Positions 31,857 to 42,558 are shown, numbered from the stretch's first letter. The stretch: 64,000 bases of DNA from an uncultured Enterobacteriaceae bacterium (GCA_964356325.1 CAYHHL010000001.1:57246-121245); one strand, 5' to 3'. The notes: generated by a model from the sequence alone, not told the origin. A program made the numbers and translations.

Positions 31857-33917
31857 TCAAAACCTGCCGAAATGCACAGCGCGCGTGTCGGCCAACCCCT
31901 TGGCCAGCCAGCCCATCACCACCAGCCAGCGCAGGTCCACGGTGCCGTCGGCGTGCCCGGCGATGCGCTGCGGCTTGGTGCCGCCCAGGCACTCGGGCTC
32001 CAGGGTGACGGCAAAGCCTGGGCCCCTGTACAGCAAACGCCCGTCGATGAACGCGTAGCTGTACTGGGCGCCGTGGAATTGGCCGTGCACGGTCGGCTCC
32101 CCTGGCCGCGCCTGGATGCACACGCCGTCGCGCTCCGGCCGCGCTTTCATCGCCGCCACCGAAGCGAACACCGCCGGCTTGACCCGCTGCGGCCCGCCGT
32201 CCTCCGGGCAGAACGTGTCGCAGTTGCCGCACTCGTTGCAGGCATCGGCGAAGTTGGCGATCTGATGTTTGCCGGCGATGTGCAGGATTTCGCCCTCTTG
32301 CGCCGCCCAGCCGCCTGCGCCGACCGTGAGCTGGTAGGTCTGCACCGTTGCGGCGTCCAGTGGAAAAGCGAAGTTGGCGTCGTTGGGGCAGACCGGCACG
32401 CAAATGTCGCAGGCCAGGCAGTCGAACAGATCCAGGTGCTTGTCCACCTTCTTCGGCGTACCGCGGTGGTTGACAGCGGCATAGCGCGCATCGCCGGCCA
32501 GGCCCGCCGCATAGACCTGCGTGTTGCGCAACACCGCGGCATCGCGCCACTTCGCCAGGGTCACCGCACCGGCCGCCGCGCCCAGATCGGTGCGATCGGC
32601 CAGCGCCTGTCGGCACAGACCAGCCTGGGCCGCGTCGATGCCGCCGGCTTGGACGAGGTCGTCCAGCGCCGCCCCCGCCTGGCCCAAGCCCAGGATGACC
32701 CAGGTATCCAGATCCGCCGCGCCGACTTCCGCCATCGCCCGCGTCAACCCCTGCAAGTACGCCTGCGCGCGGCCATAACCGCCCGGTTTCAGGAGATCCG
32801 TGCACATCGTCACCGGCCGCAGACCCAACGTCACCACCTGCGCCGCGTTGGCCTTGTCGATGCCCGCCGAGAAGGAAATCGGCAGACCTGCACCGAATTG
32901 CCCACGAAACCTCTGCACCAGTTCCACCGCCAGCACGTGCAGTGGCGGCCCCGAAAGGTACATCTCGGCCTGGTCGGCGAAGGCATCGCGGTGATTTTCC
33001 ACCAGAAGCGTGTTCGAAAGCTTGACGCCGAAACCGCGTCCCAACTGCCGTGCCGTGGCCGCCAACCGCGTGCAGAAGCCGACAGCCTGCGTCCAGGTCG
33101 TGTCGTGCAGGAACGCCGCCTCGGGCACGTGCAAGTCCGTGTAGCCCAAGCGGTCGTGCAGGATGCCGTGCAGCTTCTCGGCGCCCAGAAGCGTCGGGTT
33201 GAGCTTGACCACGGTGTGCAACTCGCGTTCACGCAACAAGAAGTCCGCGATGGCCTCGATCTCTTCGGGCGGACAGCCGTGGAACGTGCTCAAGGTCACC
33301 GTGTCCGACAGCTGTGCGGTAAACGGCAGATCGCGCAGATTGCCGTACTCTTTGGGGATTTTCGCGCGCAACCGGTCGATGATCGGCGTCGCGTCGCGCA
33401 TGCCGTCGAAGAACCGAGCCAGCTTGGCGCTGCGGATGCCCGCCAGGTCATAGCCGACGCTGGTGTCCAGCAGCACGCCGCCAAACCCAGGCTGCACCGC
33501 GAGTTTGCCGCTGGCCTCGAGCAGTTCGATGAGCATCGCGCCCTTGACGTACTCCTCCAGCGATTGTTCCAGCCGCAGCTCCTGCGACCATTCGACGTTG
33601 AAGCCGACGTTGCGCATGTCGATGCACGGCCGCGGAACCTCCAGATCATCGCGCACTTGCACGGTCTTGAGCTCCATCACCCGCAGCCCGCCCAGCCACG
33701 CCAGCACCAGATTCTGCGCCAGTTGCGTGTGGGGCCCCGCCGCCGGGCCGAACGGGCTCGCCGCGCGCTTGCCGAACAGGTCCACGCTCAAGTCGCGCTG
33801 CGGATCGCCCAGGAAGAAGCGTCGCTCCGGCAGGTCGAAGATCGCCCGTTTCGCAGCGAGTTCCATGAACATGCGACGGATCAGCTGATCGAACGGAATC
33901 GGCTGGAACTCGGCCAT
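31857..33917 (-). CDS. YgfK-like protein: the N-terminal domain of the putative selenate-reductase/oxidoreductase YgfK plus a 2x[4Fe-4S] ferredoxin domain. It lacks the FAD/NAD(P) domain.
   Basis: PIPFDQLIRRMFMELAAKRAIFDLPERRFF matches the YgfK N-terminus. The Fe-S motifs are CLACDICVPVCP and CNECGNCDTFCP. Confidence 0.7.
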   Translation of the reverse strand: MAEFQPIPFDQLIRRMFMELAAKRAIFDLPERRFFLGDPQRDLSVDLFGKRAASPFGPAAGPHTQLAQNLVLAWLGGLRVMELKTVQVRDDLEVPRPCIDMRNVGFNVEWSQELRLEQSLEEYVKGAMLIELLEASGKLAVQPGFGGVLLDTSVGYDLAGIRSAKLARFFDGMRDATPIIDRLRAKIPKEYGNLRDLPFTAQLSDTVTLSTFHGCPPEEIEAIADFLLRERELHTVVKLNPTLLGAEKLHGILHDRLGYTDLHVPEAAFLHDTTWTQAVGFCTRLAATARQLGRGFGVKLSNTLLVENHRDAFADQAEMYLSGPPLHVLAVELVQRFRGQFGAGLPISFSAGIDKANAAQVVTLGLRPVTMCTDLLKPGGYGRAQAYLQGLTRAMAEVGAADLDTWVILGLGQAGAALDDLVQAGGIDAAQAGLCRQALADRTDLGAAAGAVTLAKWRDAAVLRNTQVYAAGLAGDARYAAVNHRGTPKKVDKHLDLFDCLACDICVPVCPNDANFAFPLDAATVQTYQLTVGAGGWAAQEGEILHIAGKHQIANFADACNECGNCDTFCPEDGGPQRVKPAVFASVAAMKARPERDGVCIQARPGEPTVHGQFHGAQYSYAFIDGRLLYRGPGFAVTLEPECLGGTKPQRIAGHADGTVDLRWLVVMGWLAKGLADTRAVHFGRF

Positions 33918-34016
33918 GGCGCACACCGACACGCCGCGGGGCTTGCGGCTTCGGCAGCATAACTTCAACCGATACGCAGGTCGATTGTTAGTCCGCAGCA
34001 CGGCGAGAAGCTGAGC

Positions 34017-36392
<2,376 letters not shown>

Positions 36393-36441
36393 GGCGTCCC
36401 CGCTGGTAGGCCGCGCGCCGGCCCGATCTCGCTGTAGCTCA

Positions 36442-36756
36442 TCATACCGGCTCCGCCGTCAGCTTGAGAGGCGCACCGTGAGTCCGTGCATAATCCGTGA
36501 CTTGCGCGACCTTGGATTCCGCGATGTCCCGGTTGTAGGTCCCCGCTACCCCTTGGCCCTTGTGATGCACGGTCAGCATGATGTGCCTCGCCTCGGTCTC
36601 GGTCTTGTGGAAGAAGTTGCGCAGGACTTCGACCACCAGCTCCTGCGTCGTGTAATCGTCGTTGTGTACCAAGACGTTGTACAGGTGCGGCCGCTTCAGC
36701 TTCGTTGCCAGTAGCACGCCTTCTTGGTCTTGGTCCTGATTCTGGTTCTTTGACAT
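36442..36756 (-). CDS. clpS: Clp protease adaptor ClpS.
   Basis: YNVLVHNDDYTTQELVVEVLRNFFHKTETEARHIMLTVHHKGQGV matches ClpS. It lies directly upstream of clpA. Confidence 0.85.
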   Translation of the reverse strand: MSKNQNQDQDQEGVLLATKLKRPHLYNVLVHNDDYTTQELVVEVLRNFFHKTETEARHIMLTVHHKGQGVAGTYNRDIAESKVAQVTDYARTHGAPLKLTAEPV

Positions 36757-37076
36757 GGCCCCTGTTTGCGAGTTGCAGCGAATGGAAAAGAGACGATCAA
36801 CCGGCAACTCGCGGCCAGCCAGCCCGGGAGGTCGCCACGAAGGGCGTCCTTGCCCTCCGCTGTCGTGTTCCAACCCTCATGGTAGGACAACCGCGACCGG
36901 AGGCAAGGTTCACCGGTCTGCGGCCACGGCGGGAAACGGGTATTCCCGGGCAGTTGCGTGATCGGCGGCGCGGGCACGGGTTGGCCACGCGAGGACCGGC
37001 GCGGTCCGATTTTCACCCCTTGCGAGAAGTGCTGCCGGGCATCACGCTGGCTCAACCCACCGTGAAGGAGTTGCAG

Positions 37077-37403
37077 ATGGCCGCGATCGATACCGCCCGG
37101 ACCGAGAAGCTGCGCCGAGATCTGGCGCGCAAAGGCATGGAAGTCAACGAGAAGCTGACCAGGATGTTGGCCGCCCAGAACGCGACGCTGACGACGATGA
37201 AGTTGCCGAGCGAGGAGGAGCCGGGCCTGAAACCGCACGAGAAGTTGCGGCGCTATCTCGACCAGATCGTGCGCGCCCAGAAGCGGCTCGGCACCGGTGC
37301 GTGGGGGGCTTGCATGCATTGCGCGGCGGAACTGGCCGAGGCGGCGTTGGACGATGCGCCGTGGCTCGAACTGTGCGCGAAGTGTGCGGCCGACGAGAGC
37401 TGA
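37077..37403 (+). CDS. DksA/TraR-family C4 zinc-finger protein.
   Basis: GAAGGAG lies 6 nt upstream of the ATG. The C-terminus carries CMHCAAEL...CAKC. A coiled-coil-like N-terminus precedes it. Confidence 0.65.
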   Translation: MAAIDTARTEKLRRDLARKGMEVNEKLTRMLAAQNATLTTMKLPSEEEPGLKPHEKLRRYLDQIVRAQKRLGTGAWGACMHCAAELAEAALDDAPWLELCAKCAADES

Positions 37404-37601
37404 CCGCGGCTTGATCGCGGAGCCTGGTCGAATCCGAAACTATTGGCAGATGGCCGGCTTGGCGCACTTCTGGTCGGTGGCGCCGCAGTCCAGGCCCTGG
37501 GCGCACTGGCTGTTGGCGCAGGCTTCGCCTTCCTTGGCCAACGCCTTGCCCACGGAATCGCGCTGTAGCCAAGCTTGGAACGCCCGCAAGCCCGCCCATC
37601 G

Positions 37602-38714
37602 TCAGCGCGAGGACTCGCGTCCCAACACCGCTTGGCCTATCGGGTCCAGCGCGCGTTCGAGCACCACGGTCCGCGTCGGAAAGGCCATCGCTAGCCCCGC
37701 CGCCTGGAATCCAGCGTGGATCGCCAGGTTCACCGCGTGGTGCACTTCGCCGGCCAGATTGGCGTCCGGCACCTTGTAGAGCACGCGTACGCCCAACGCC
37801 GAATCGCCGAAGTTCACGAACATCACGGAGAATTCAGGGTGGATACCCGGTTGCGCCGCCAACACCGCCCGCACCAGATCCACTGCCTGCAGCACCTGCG
37901 CCGGTGTCGAACCATAGGTCAGCGATAGCAGGAAGTCGCGCACCAAGCCATCAGGATGACTGTGGTTTTCAATAGTCGCCTCGGCCAGCTTCTTGTTCGG
38001 GATGACGGTGCAGATGCCGTTGCCCTGCAGCAGCCGGGTCGAACGCAGGCCAATCGCCGTCACCTTACCGAAGTGGCCATCCACCTTGATCCAGTCGCCG
38101 ATGCTGAACGGCCGATCCGTCATGATCTGCAGGCTGCCCAACAGGTTGCCGAGCGTCTCCTGCGCCGCCAGCGCCACTGCCAGACCGCCGATGCCCAGAC
38201 CCGTGACCACCGAGATCACATCGAAACCCGCGCGTTGCAGCACGGTGACCGCAAGCAGCAGGGCGAACACGATCTTGGCGGTGACCCGGGCGAAATTCAG
38301 CACCGCGACGCTGACCGGCGGGGCCTGACGCGCCGCCCAGGGCACCATCAGTTCCTCGTACACCACGTCGACCGCGCGCAGGAGCATGGCGCCGATCGTC
38401 ACCGCCACAGCGATGGCCAGGGCATCGACGCCAAACCGGTGCGTGCTTTCCGGCATCGTCAGGATTTGCAGGGAGATGTGAACCGAGCCGAAGAACACCA
38501 GCACGGCGGTGGGCCGGGCCAGGCGTTGCACCAGGCGGTCGTCCAACGTCGTGGCGGTACGCGCCGTCAGCTTGGTCACGAAGCGCGTCATCAGGAACGC
38601 GCCCAACCGGCCGAGCAGCCAACCCAGCATCAGCACCAGCGCGACGACAAGCCAAGTCCGCGCCGGATTGCCTGCGAATTCACGGGCGAACCATTGATTC
38701 ATCGGCATCGTCAT
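37602..38714 (-). CDS. MscS-family mechanosensitive channel.
   Basis: There are TM helices and the MscS beta-domain motif DGHFGKVTAIGLRSTRLLQGNGICTVIPNKKLAEATIEN. The ATG overlaps the stop of the radical-SAM gene in an ATGA arrangement. Confidence 0.85.
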   Translation of the reverse strand: MTMPMNQWFAREFAGNPARTWLVVALVLMLGWLLGRLGAFLMTRFVTKLTARTATTLDDRLVQRLARPTAVLVFFGSVHISLQILTMPESTHRFGVDALAIAVAVTIGAMLLRAVDVVYEELMVPWAARQAPPVSVAVLNFARVTAKIVFALLLAVTVLQRAGFDVISVVTGLGIGGLAVALAAQETLGNLLGSLQIMTDRPFSIGDWIKVDGHFGKVTAIGLRSTRLLQGNGICTVIPNKKLAEATIENHSHPDGLVRDFLLSLTYGSTPAQVLQAVDLVRAVLAAQPGIHPEFSVMFVNFGDSALGVRVLYKVPDANLAGEVHHAVNLAIHAGFQAAGLAMAFPTRTVVLERALDPIGQAVLGRESSR

Positions 38715-40210
38715 GCGGCACGCTCGCGGGTGGGAGCGAGATCTTGGCGCACGGCGAGCTCGAGGGCGGCGATGCGCAGGATCCGGGGTAGAACCGCTCG
38801 GAATACTTCACAGTACGGCGAGCGACCGTCGACGTGGCCTTCGCGGCGGTACAGCAGCAGGGGACAACCGCCCGCGCAACTCGGCTTCCAGCGGCAGGCG
38901 TTGCAGGTAGAGTTGCCGGATTCGCGGCGAAACTGCGTGAATTGGCTCTGGGATCGCGCCATCGTCAGCAGGCTTTCCGGTCGGATCGGCTGCGTGCCGG
39001 GGTGATGCAAGGCAGCTTGGCAAGGGCTGATTTCGCCCGATTCAGCGATCGCGACGTACGAGTCGCCCGCGCCACAGGCCTTGGCGATCGGGCGCCACGG
39101 CTCCAGGTCGCAGAACTTGTGGCTGGCGCGAAAACCGCTGACTTCACCGCGACCTACCGCCTGTTCAATCAGATCGTAGCAAAGGCCGAACACCCGCTGC
39201 ACGCGCTGCAAGGCTTCACCCGACAGGATACCATTGGAATCGTTCGTTTGGATCTCTGCCAGTTGCGCGCCGTGGCGATCGTCCAGCACGCCCTGACCCC
39301 ACTCGAGGTCGCGCACTAGGCTGTAGCGAAACCACAACTTGCGTTCGAGCAGCCAGGCCGTCAGCGCGGGCAGACCGTCGAGGTTGCTGTCGCCCACCGT
39401 GATGAGGATGTACGGCCGGATGCCCGCGTCGAGATAGGTCTGCAAGCCCGCCTGAAGTCTGGCGAAAGACGATCCACCTCCCTTGACCGGGCGCATCACG
39501 TCCTGCACGCCGTCCAGCCCGTCGATCGAGACCGAGACGTGCACGCCGTGCGCCAGGATCCACTCGGTTGCCCCCGGGGGCACCACCGTGCCGTTGGTCA
39601 GGATCGCCGCCGAGAATTTCACCCCGTGACTTTGGCAACTTGCGGTCGCATCGGTGAAGAACTGCTGGATGTTGGCAAAGCGCAGCATCGGCTCGCCGCC
39701 TGCGAAACGGACGTTGATGCGATCCACTGCCCCTGAAGCCGCGGTCGCCTCGATCGATTGCAGCACCCGGGCCGCGACGTTGACGTCCATGTGCGTGGCA
39801 GACTTGTGGATATAGCAGTACGGACAAGCGAGGTTGCAGGCGTTGGTCACATGCAGCCAGGCGTTGAACACCCGCTCCTGCTTGCCGTCCGGCCGCCACG
39901 GCCGCACGCCCGGCGACAGCACGAAGCCGTTGCGCCAGAGCAGAGGCAGTTCAGCCAGCAATCGTATGATTTCTTGGGGATCGTCGCTCGCCAGTTCGGC
40001 TGCGATGTCGGCGGCTGAGCGTCCGTCCGCCGCGTGCAACAGCCGCAACGCGCGCGGCGTGAGCAAGGCCAAGGCGTCGTGACCGTTGGGATTATGCGCG
40101 AACGATCGACCGCGCGCGACGCCTTGGTACAAGCCCGGCGCCCGCTGGATCGGCAGATCCGCCCACGTGTCTTGCGCGGGCGCCTGCCACGGCCGCTTCA
40201 CCGTCGCCAC
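38711..40210 (-). CDS. Radical SAM/SPASM-domain enzyme with an N-terminal PqqD-like RiPP recognition element.
   Basis: The CxxxCxxC motif reads HVTNACNLACPYCY. The C-terminal SPASM cysteines are CDLEPW...CGAGD...PCQ...CNACRWKPSCAGGCP...YCEVF. The N-terminal ~90 aa (SFAHNPNGHDALALLTPRALRLLHAADGRSAADIAAELASDDPQEIIRLLAELPLLWRNGFV) have a PqqD/RRE-like pattern. The start is a GTG at 40210 or 40201, or an ATG at 40264. Confidence 0.8.
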   Translation of the reverse strand: MATVKRPWQAPAQDTWADLPIQRAPGLYQGVARGRSFAHNPNGHDALALLTPRALRLLHAADGRSAADIAAELASDDPQEIIRLLAELPLLWRNGFVLSPGVRPWRPDGKQERVFNAWLHVTNACNLACPYCYIHKSATHMDVNVAARVLQSIEATAASGAVDRINVRFAGGEPMLRFANIQQFFTDATASCQSHGVKFSAAILTNGTVVPPGATEWILAHGVHVSVSIDGLDGVQDVMRPVKGGGSSFARLQAGLQTYLDAGIRPYILITVGDSNLDGLPALTAWLLERKLWFRYSLVRDLEWGQGVLDDRHGAQLAEIQTNDSNGILSGEALQRVQRVFGLCYDLIEQAVGRGEVSGFRASHKFCDLEPWRPIAKACGAGDSYVAIAESGEISPCQAALHHPGTQPIRPESLLTMARSQSQFTQFRRESGNSTCNACRWKPSCAGGCPLLLYRREGHVDGRSPYCEVFRAVLPRILRIAALELAVRQDLAPTRERAA

Positions 40211-41478
40211 TAGTTGTTGCAGTCCCAGGAACAGTCGCTGCTGCAATCGCTCGAGCAGTCCCATGAGCAGTCGCTGCTGCAGTCGGCGGAACAGTCGCTG
40301 CTGGCGCAATCTGTTGCCGCAGCGCAGTCCCAACCACTCGAATCACCAGAACTTTCACCGGACGAACTGTCGCCGGCCGCGCAGTCGAAGTTGCCAGCGG
40401 CCGTGCTGCCGCCCGTGTCGTACTGGTCCCAACTGCTGTTGCCCGCGTCGTAACCAGCCATCGCGTTGTCGTCCCAGCTCGCGGTCGAGAAGTCGCGGTC
40501 CATCACATCGCTGACGCCGCCCAACTGGTGTGAATAGCTGCCGATGTCGTCCGCGTTGCCGATGGGCGCGCCGTTGTAGTTGATGACCGTGACCGGGGCG
40601 CCGTAGCTGGACCAATGGCTGCCCAGGTAGCCAGCGCCGTATCCCCAGTGATGTCGCGGGCTGATGAGCGCATCCAGCACCATCAAGTTCACGAACGTGT
40701 CCATAGGATCCCGATAATACACGCTCCAAGGGTCGTAGTAGGGACTCGCCCAGCCACTGCGGGCGTAGACCGGGGCATTGCGCAGGTGGGCGTCGCGGTC
40801 GCACTGGCTCTGGCCCAGGTCGCGCACGTCCTCGCCGCTCGGGCGCACCACCTGCACGTCGGCGGGGTCGGACTCCAGGAGCGCGGTCGGAAACGCCCTC
40901 TGCAGGCCGCCTTGCACCTTGGCCGCCACCTCGCTCAGCACGTTGCGGTACATCGGCACGAGTTGCGCGTCAGCCAGGGCCTTGCCGATGCGATCCTTGG
41001 CTTTTTCGATGTCCTCGCCCTCGCGCGGTCGCAACTCGTCGATGCGCGCGCCGAACGACACCACCGCGTGCGGCTCGGTCTTCTTGGCCTTGGCACGCAC
41101 GGTCACTTCCAGCAGGCTGTGCAGGCCTTGGCCCTGGTACTCGAACACCGCGCGCAACATCTTGAATCCACCGGTGAACCGGGATGCGGATCGACGCATG
41201 GCCGCCACCAGCAGGTCGGCGTCGTGGTCGCGATCCTCGAGATCCTGGAAGACCACCTCGTCGTCGACCACGAGCGTCACGGCGTTGGTGATCCCGGCGA
41301 TCTGCAAGGCTTTCTGCACCTGTTCGGTCAGCGCTAGCACGTTCTGGGTAATCAGCAATTCACCCGTGCGCAAGTCGACGTCCGAGCCGAACGCGGTCTT
41401 GACCTTGTCCCAGAAGCTCGGCTGGCGAAACACTTCCTCGCCTTGGATGTAGAGACGGACCTGTGCTGTGAGGCGCAT
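40210..41478 (-). CDS. Protein of 422 aa with an unknown N-terminal domain, a Tyr/Trp/Gly-rich middle region and a C-terminal (D-C-S-x)n / W-D-C repeat tail. Candidate substrate of the adjacent radical SAM enzyme.
   Basis: AAGGAG lies 8 nt upstream of the ATG at 41478. The tail reads ...NFDCAAGDSSSGESSGDSSGWDCAAATDCASSDCSADCSSDCSWDCSSDCSSDCSWDCNN*. The stop TAG overlaps the GTG of the rSAM gene by 1 nt. Confidence 0.65.
   Translation of the reverse strand: MRLTAQVRLYIQGEEVFRQPSFWDKVKTAFGSDVDLRTGELLITQNVLALTEQVQKALQIAGITNAVTLVVDDEVVFQDLEDRDHDADLLVAAMRRSASRFTGGFKMLRAVFEYQGQGLHSLLEVTVRAKAKKTEPHAVVSFGARIDELRPREGEDIEKAKDRIGKALADAQLVPMYRNVLSEVAAKVQGGLQRAFPTALLESDPADVQVVRPSGEDVRDLGQSQCDRDAHLRNAPVYARSGWASPYYDPWSVYYRDPMDTFVNLMVLDALISPRHHWGYGAGYLGSHWSSYGAPVTVINYNGAPIGNADDIGSYSHQLGGVSDVMDRDFSTASWDDNAMAGYDAGNSSWDQYDTGGSTAAGNFDCAAGDSSSGESSGDSSGWDCAAATDCASSDCSADCSSDCSWDCSSDCSSDCSWDCNN
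40213..40400. repeat. 12-nt periodic tandem DNA repeats encoding the DCSx tail. The plus-strand unit is approximately GCAGTCGCTGCT.
   Basis: The units are read directly, for example gcagtcgctgctgcaatcgct / gcagtcgctgctgcagtcggc / gaacagtcgctgctg. Confidence 0.7.
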
Positions 41479-41502
41479 CGGCAGGACTCCTTGACCGTTG
41501 GC

Positions 41503-42505
41503 TTATTTGCGATCGACGGCGATGCGCAGTTGCTGGGCTCGTTCGGTCAGGGACCGCACCCGGGCGATGCTCTCGCGCGTCGGTGCCTGGCTCTTGATTT
41601 CCTTGAGGCTGGTGTCCACGGCGCTGGCCTGATCGACCAGAGTCGTGTAATTCGGATGGCTTTCGTCCAGACCCATCCAGACGTCGGCCATCGTCGCTTC
41701 CGGGCCGGCCAGCACCTTCTTCAGTTCCTCGCCCAGCCCGGTGTCGCGCTGCTTGCGCCGCCAGAATACCCAGCCGGCGACGCCCAAGGCCGCGATGATC
41801 ATGAAGTAGAGCAAGCCATTGCCACCGGAGGACTGTGCGGGCGGCAGGGCCTGGGGTACTTGCACCGAAGTCGTCGTGGCCAGCGCGCCGTCGTTGCCGC
41901 GAGCCGGGGCAGTGTTCTCGTACGGTTGCCCGGACTTGTAGCGCGCGTAGGCTGCGGACATCTGGCCGGACGCCCTTGTTGGCGTTGGCGTGCTGGAATT
42001 CGTTCCATGACATCTTGCCAACCACGTTCTGGCCGACGACGTTTTTCGTACGAGTCAGCGCGGTTGCCACTTCATTGGTCAAGGAGCGCATGCGATCGAG
42101 CGGCTGGCCCCCTTGCGACATCACGCGATTCAGCACCGCCTGCTTGTCCGCCGAGGTCAGGGCATTGCTGCGCAGGTCCCACTTCGGCCCGTTGGTCGAG
42201 ATGAGCACGTCCTTGCCCGACATGCCCAGGTCACCGTACATCGCCGCGAAATCGTTCGGATCGTCAGACTCCTTCATGACCACGAGATAGACCTTGGCGC
42301 CTGTGCGCTGGGCCGTCTCCTTGGCCAGCGTGTCGAGCTGAGCCTTGACGTTGGCGTCGAACGAGCTGGGCTGCACCGCGCCGGCCTGGCCCTTTTGCCG
42401 CAGGATGTCCGCGACCTGGCGGGGATATGCCCAAGCGGGCAGGGCGGACAACCACACAAGCAGGGCCAGGCAGCGCACCAGGAAAACGGGCAATCGGCGG
42501 GTCAT
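41503..42505 (-). pseudogene. TPM-domain (YgcG/TLP18.3-like) protein gene with an apparent frameshift between the TPM domain and the TM plus C-terminal region.
   Basis: Frame A (42505..~41975) has GGAGG 5 nt upstream of the ATG, a signal peptide and the TPM segment AKVYLVVMKE...DVLISTNGPKWDLR. Frame B (42021..41503) holds the TM helix GLLYFMIIAALGVAGWVFW and a coiled C-terminus. No stop separates the two frames. Confidence 0.5.
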
Positions 42506-42558
42506 CGGGCCTCCAGCATCAACTGGGCCGGCAGGGTACGGCCGCGCGTCGTCCGGCG

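Noticed and set aside
31846-32805. A 319-aa ORF on the minus strand that might have been the missing FAD/NAD domain of YgfK.
   Set aside because: It overlaps the YgfK-like gene in another frame. Its translation is Arg/Gly-rich junk with no GxGxxG or other flavoprotein motif.
36705-37076. The N-terminal ~125 codons of the ORF 36705..37403 as part of the DksA-like protein.
   Set aside because: This portion overlaps the antisense strand of clpS and its upstream region, and its translation is Arg/Pro-rich. The internal ATG at 37077, with GAAGGAG 6 nt upstream, gives a 108-aa DksA/TraR-sized product.
37440-37553. Possible 37-aa four-Cys peptide (GTG-GKALAKEGEACANSQCAQGLDCGATDQKCAKPAICQ*) on the minus strand between the convergent mscS and dksA-like genes.
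   Set aside because: It has no ATG and only a GTG without a Shine-Dalgarno sequence. It lies in 3' intergenic space where GC bias easily produces open frames. It is worth re-checking only if small-protein proteomics exist.
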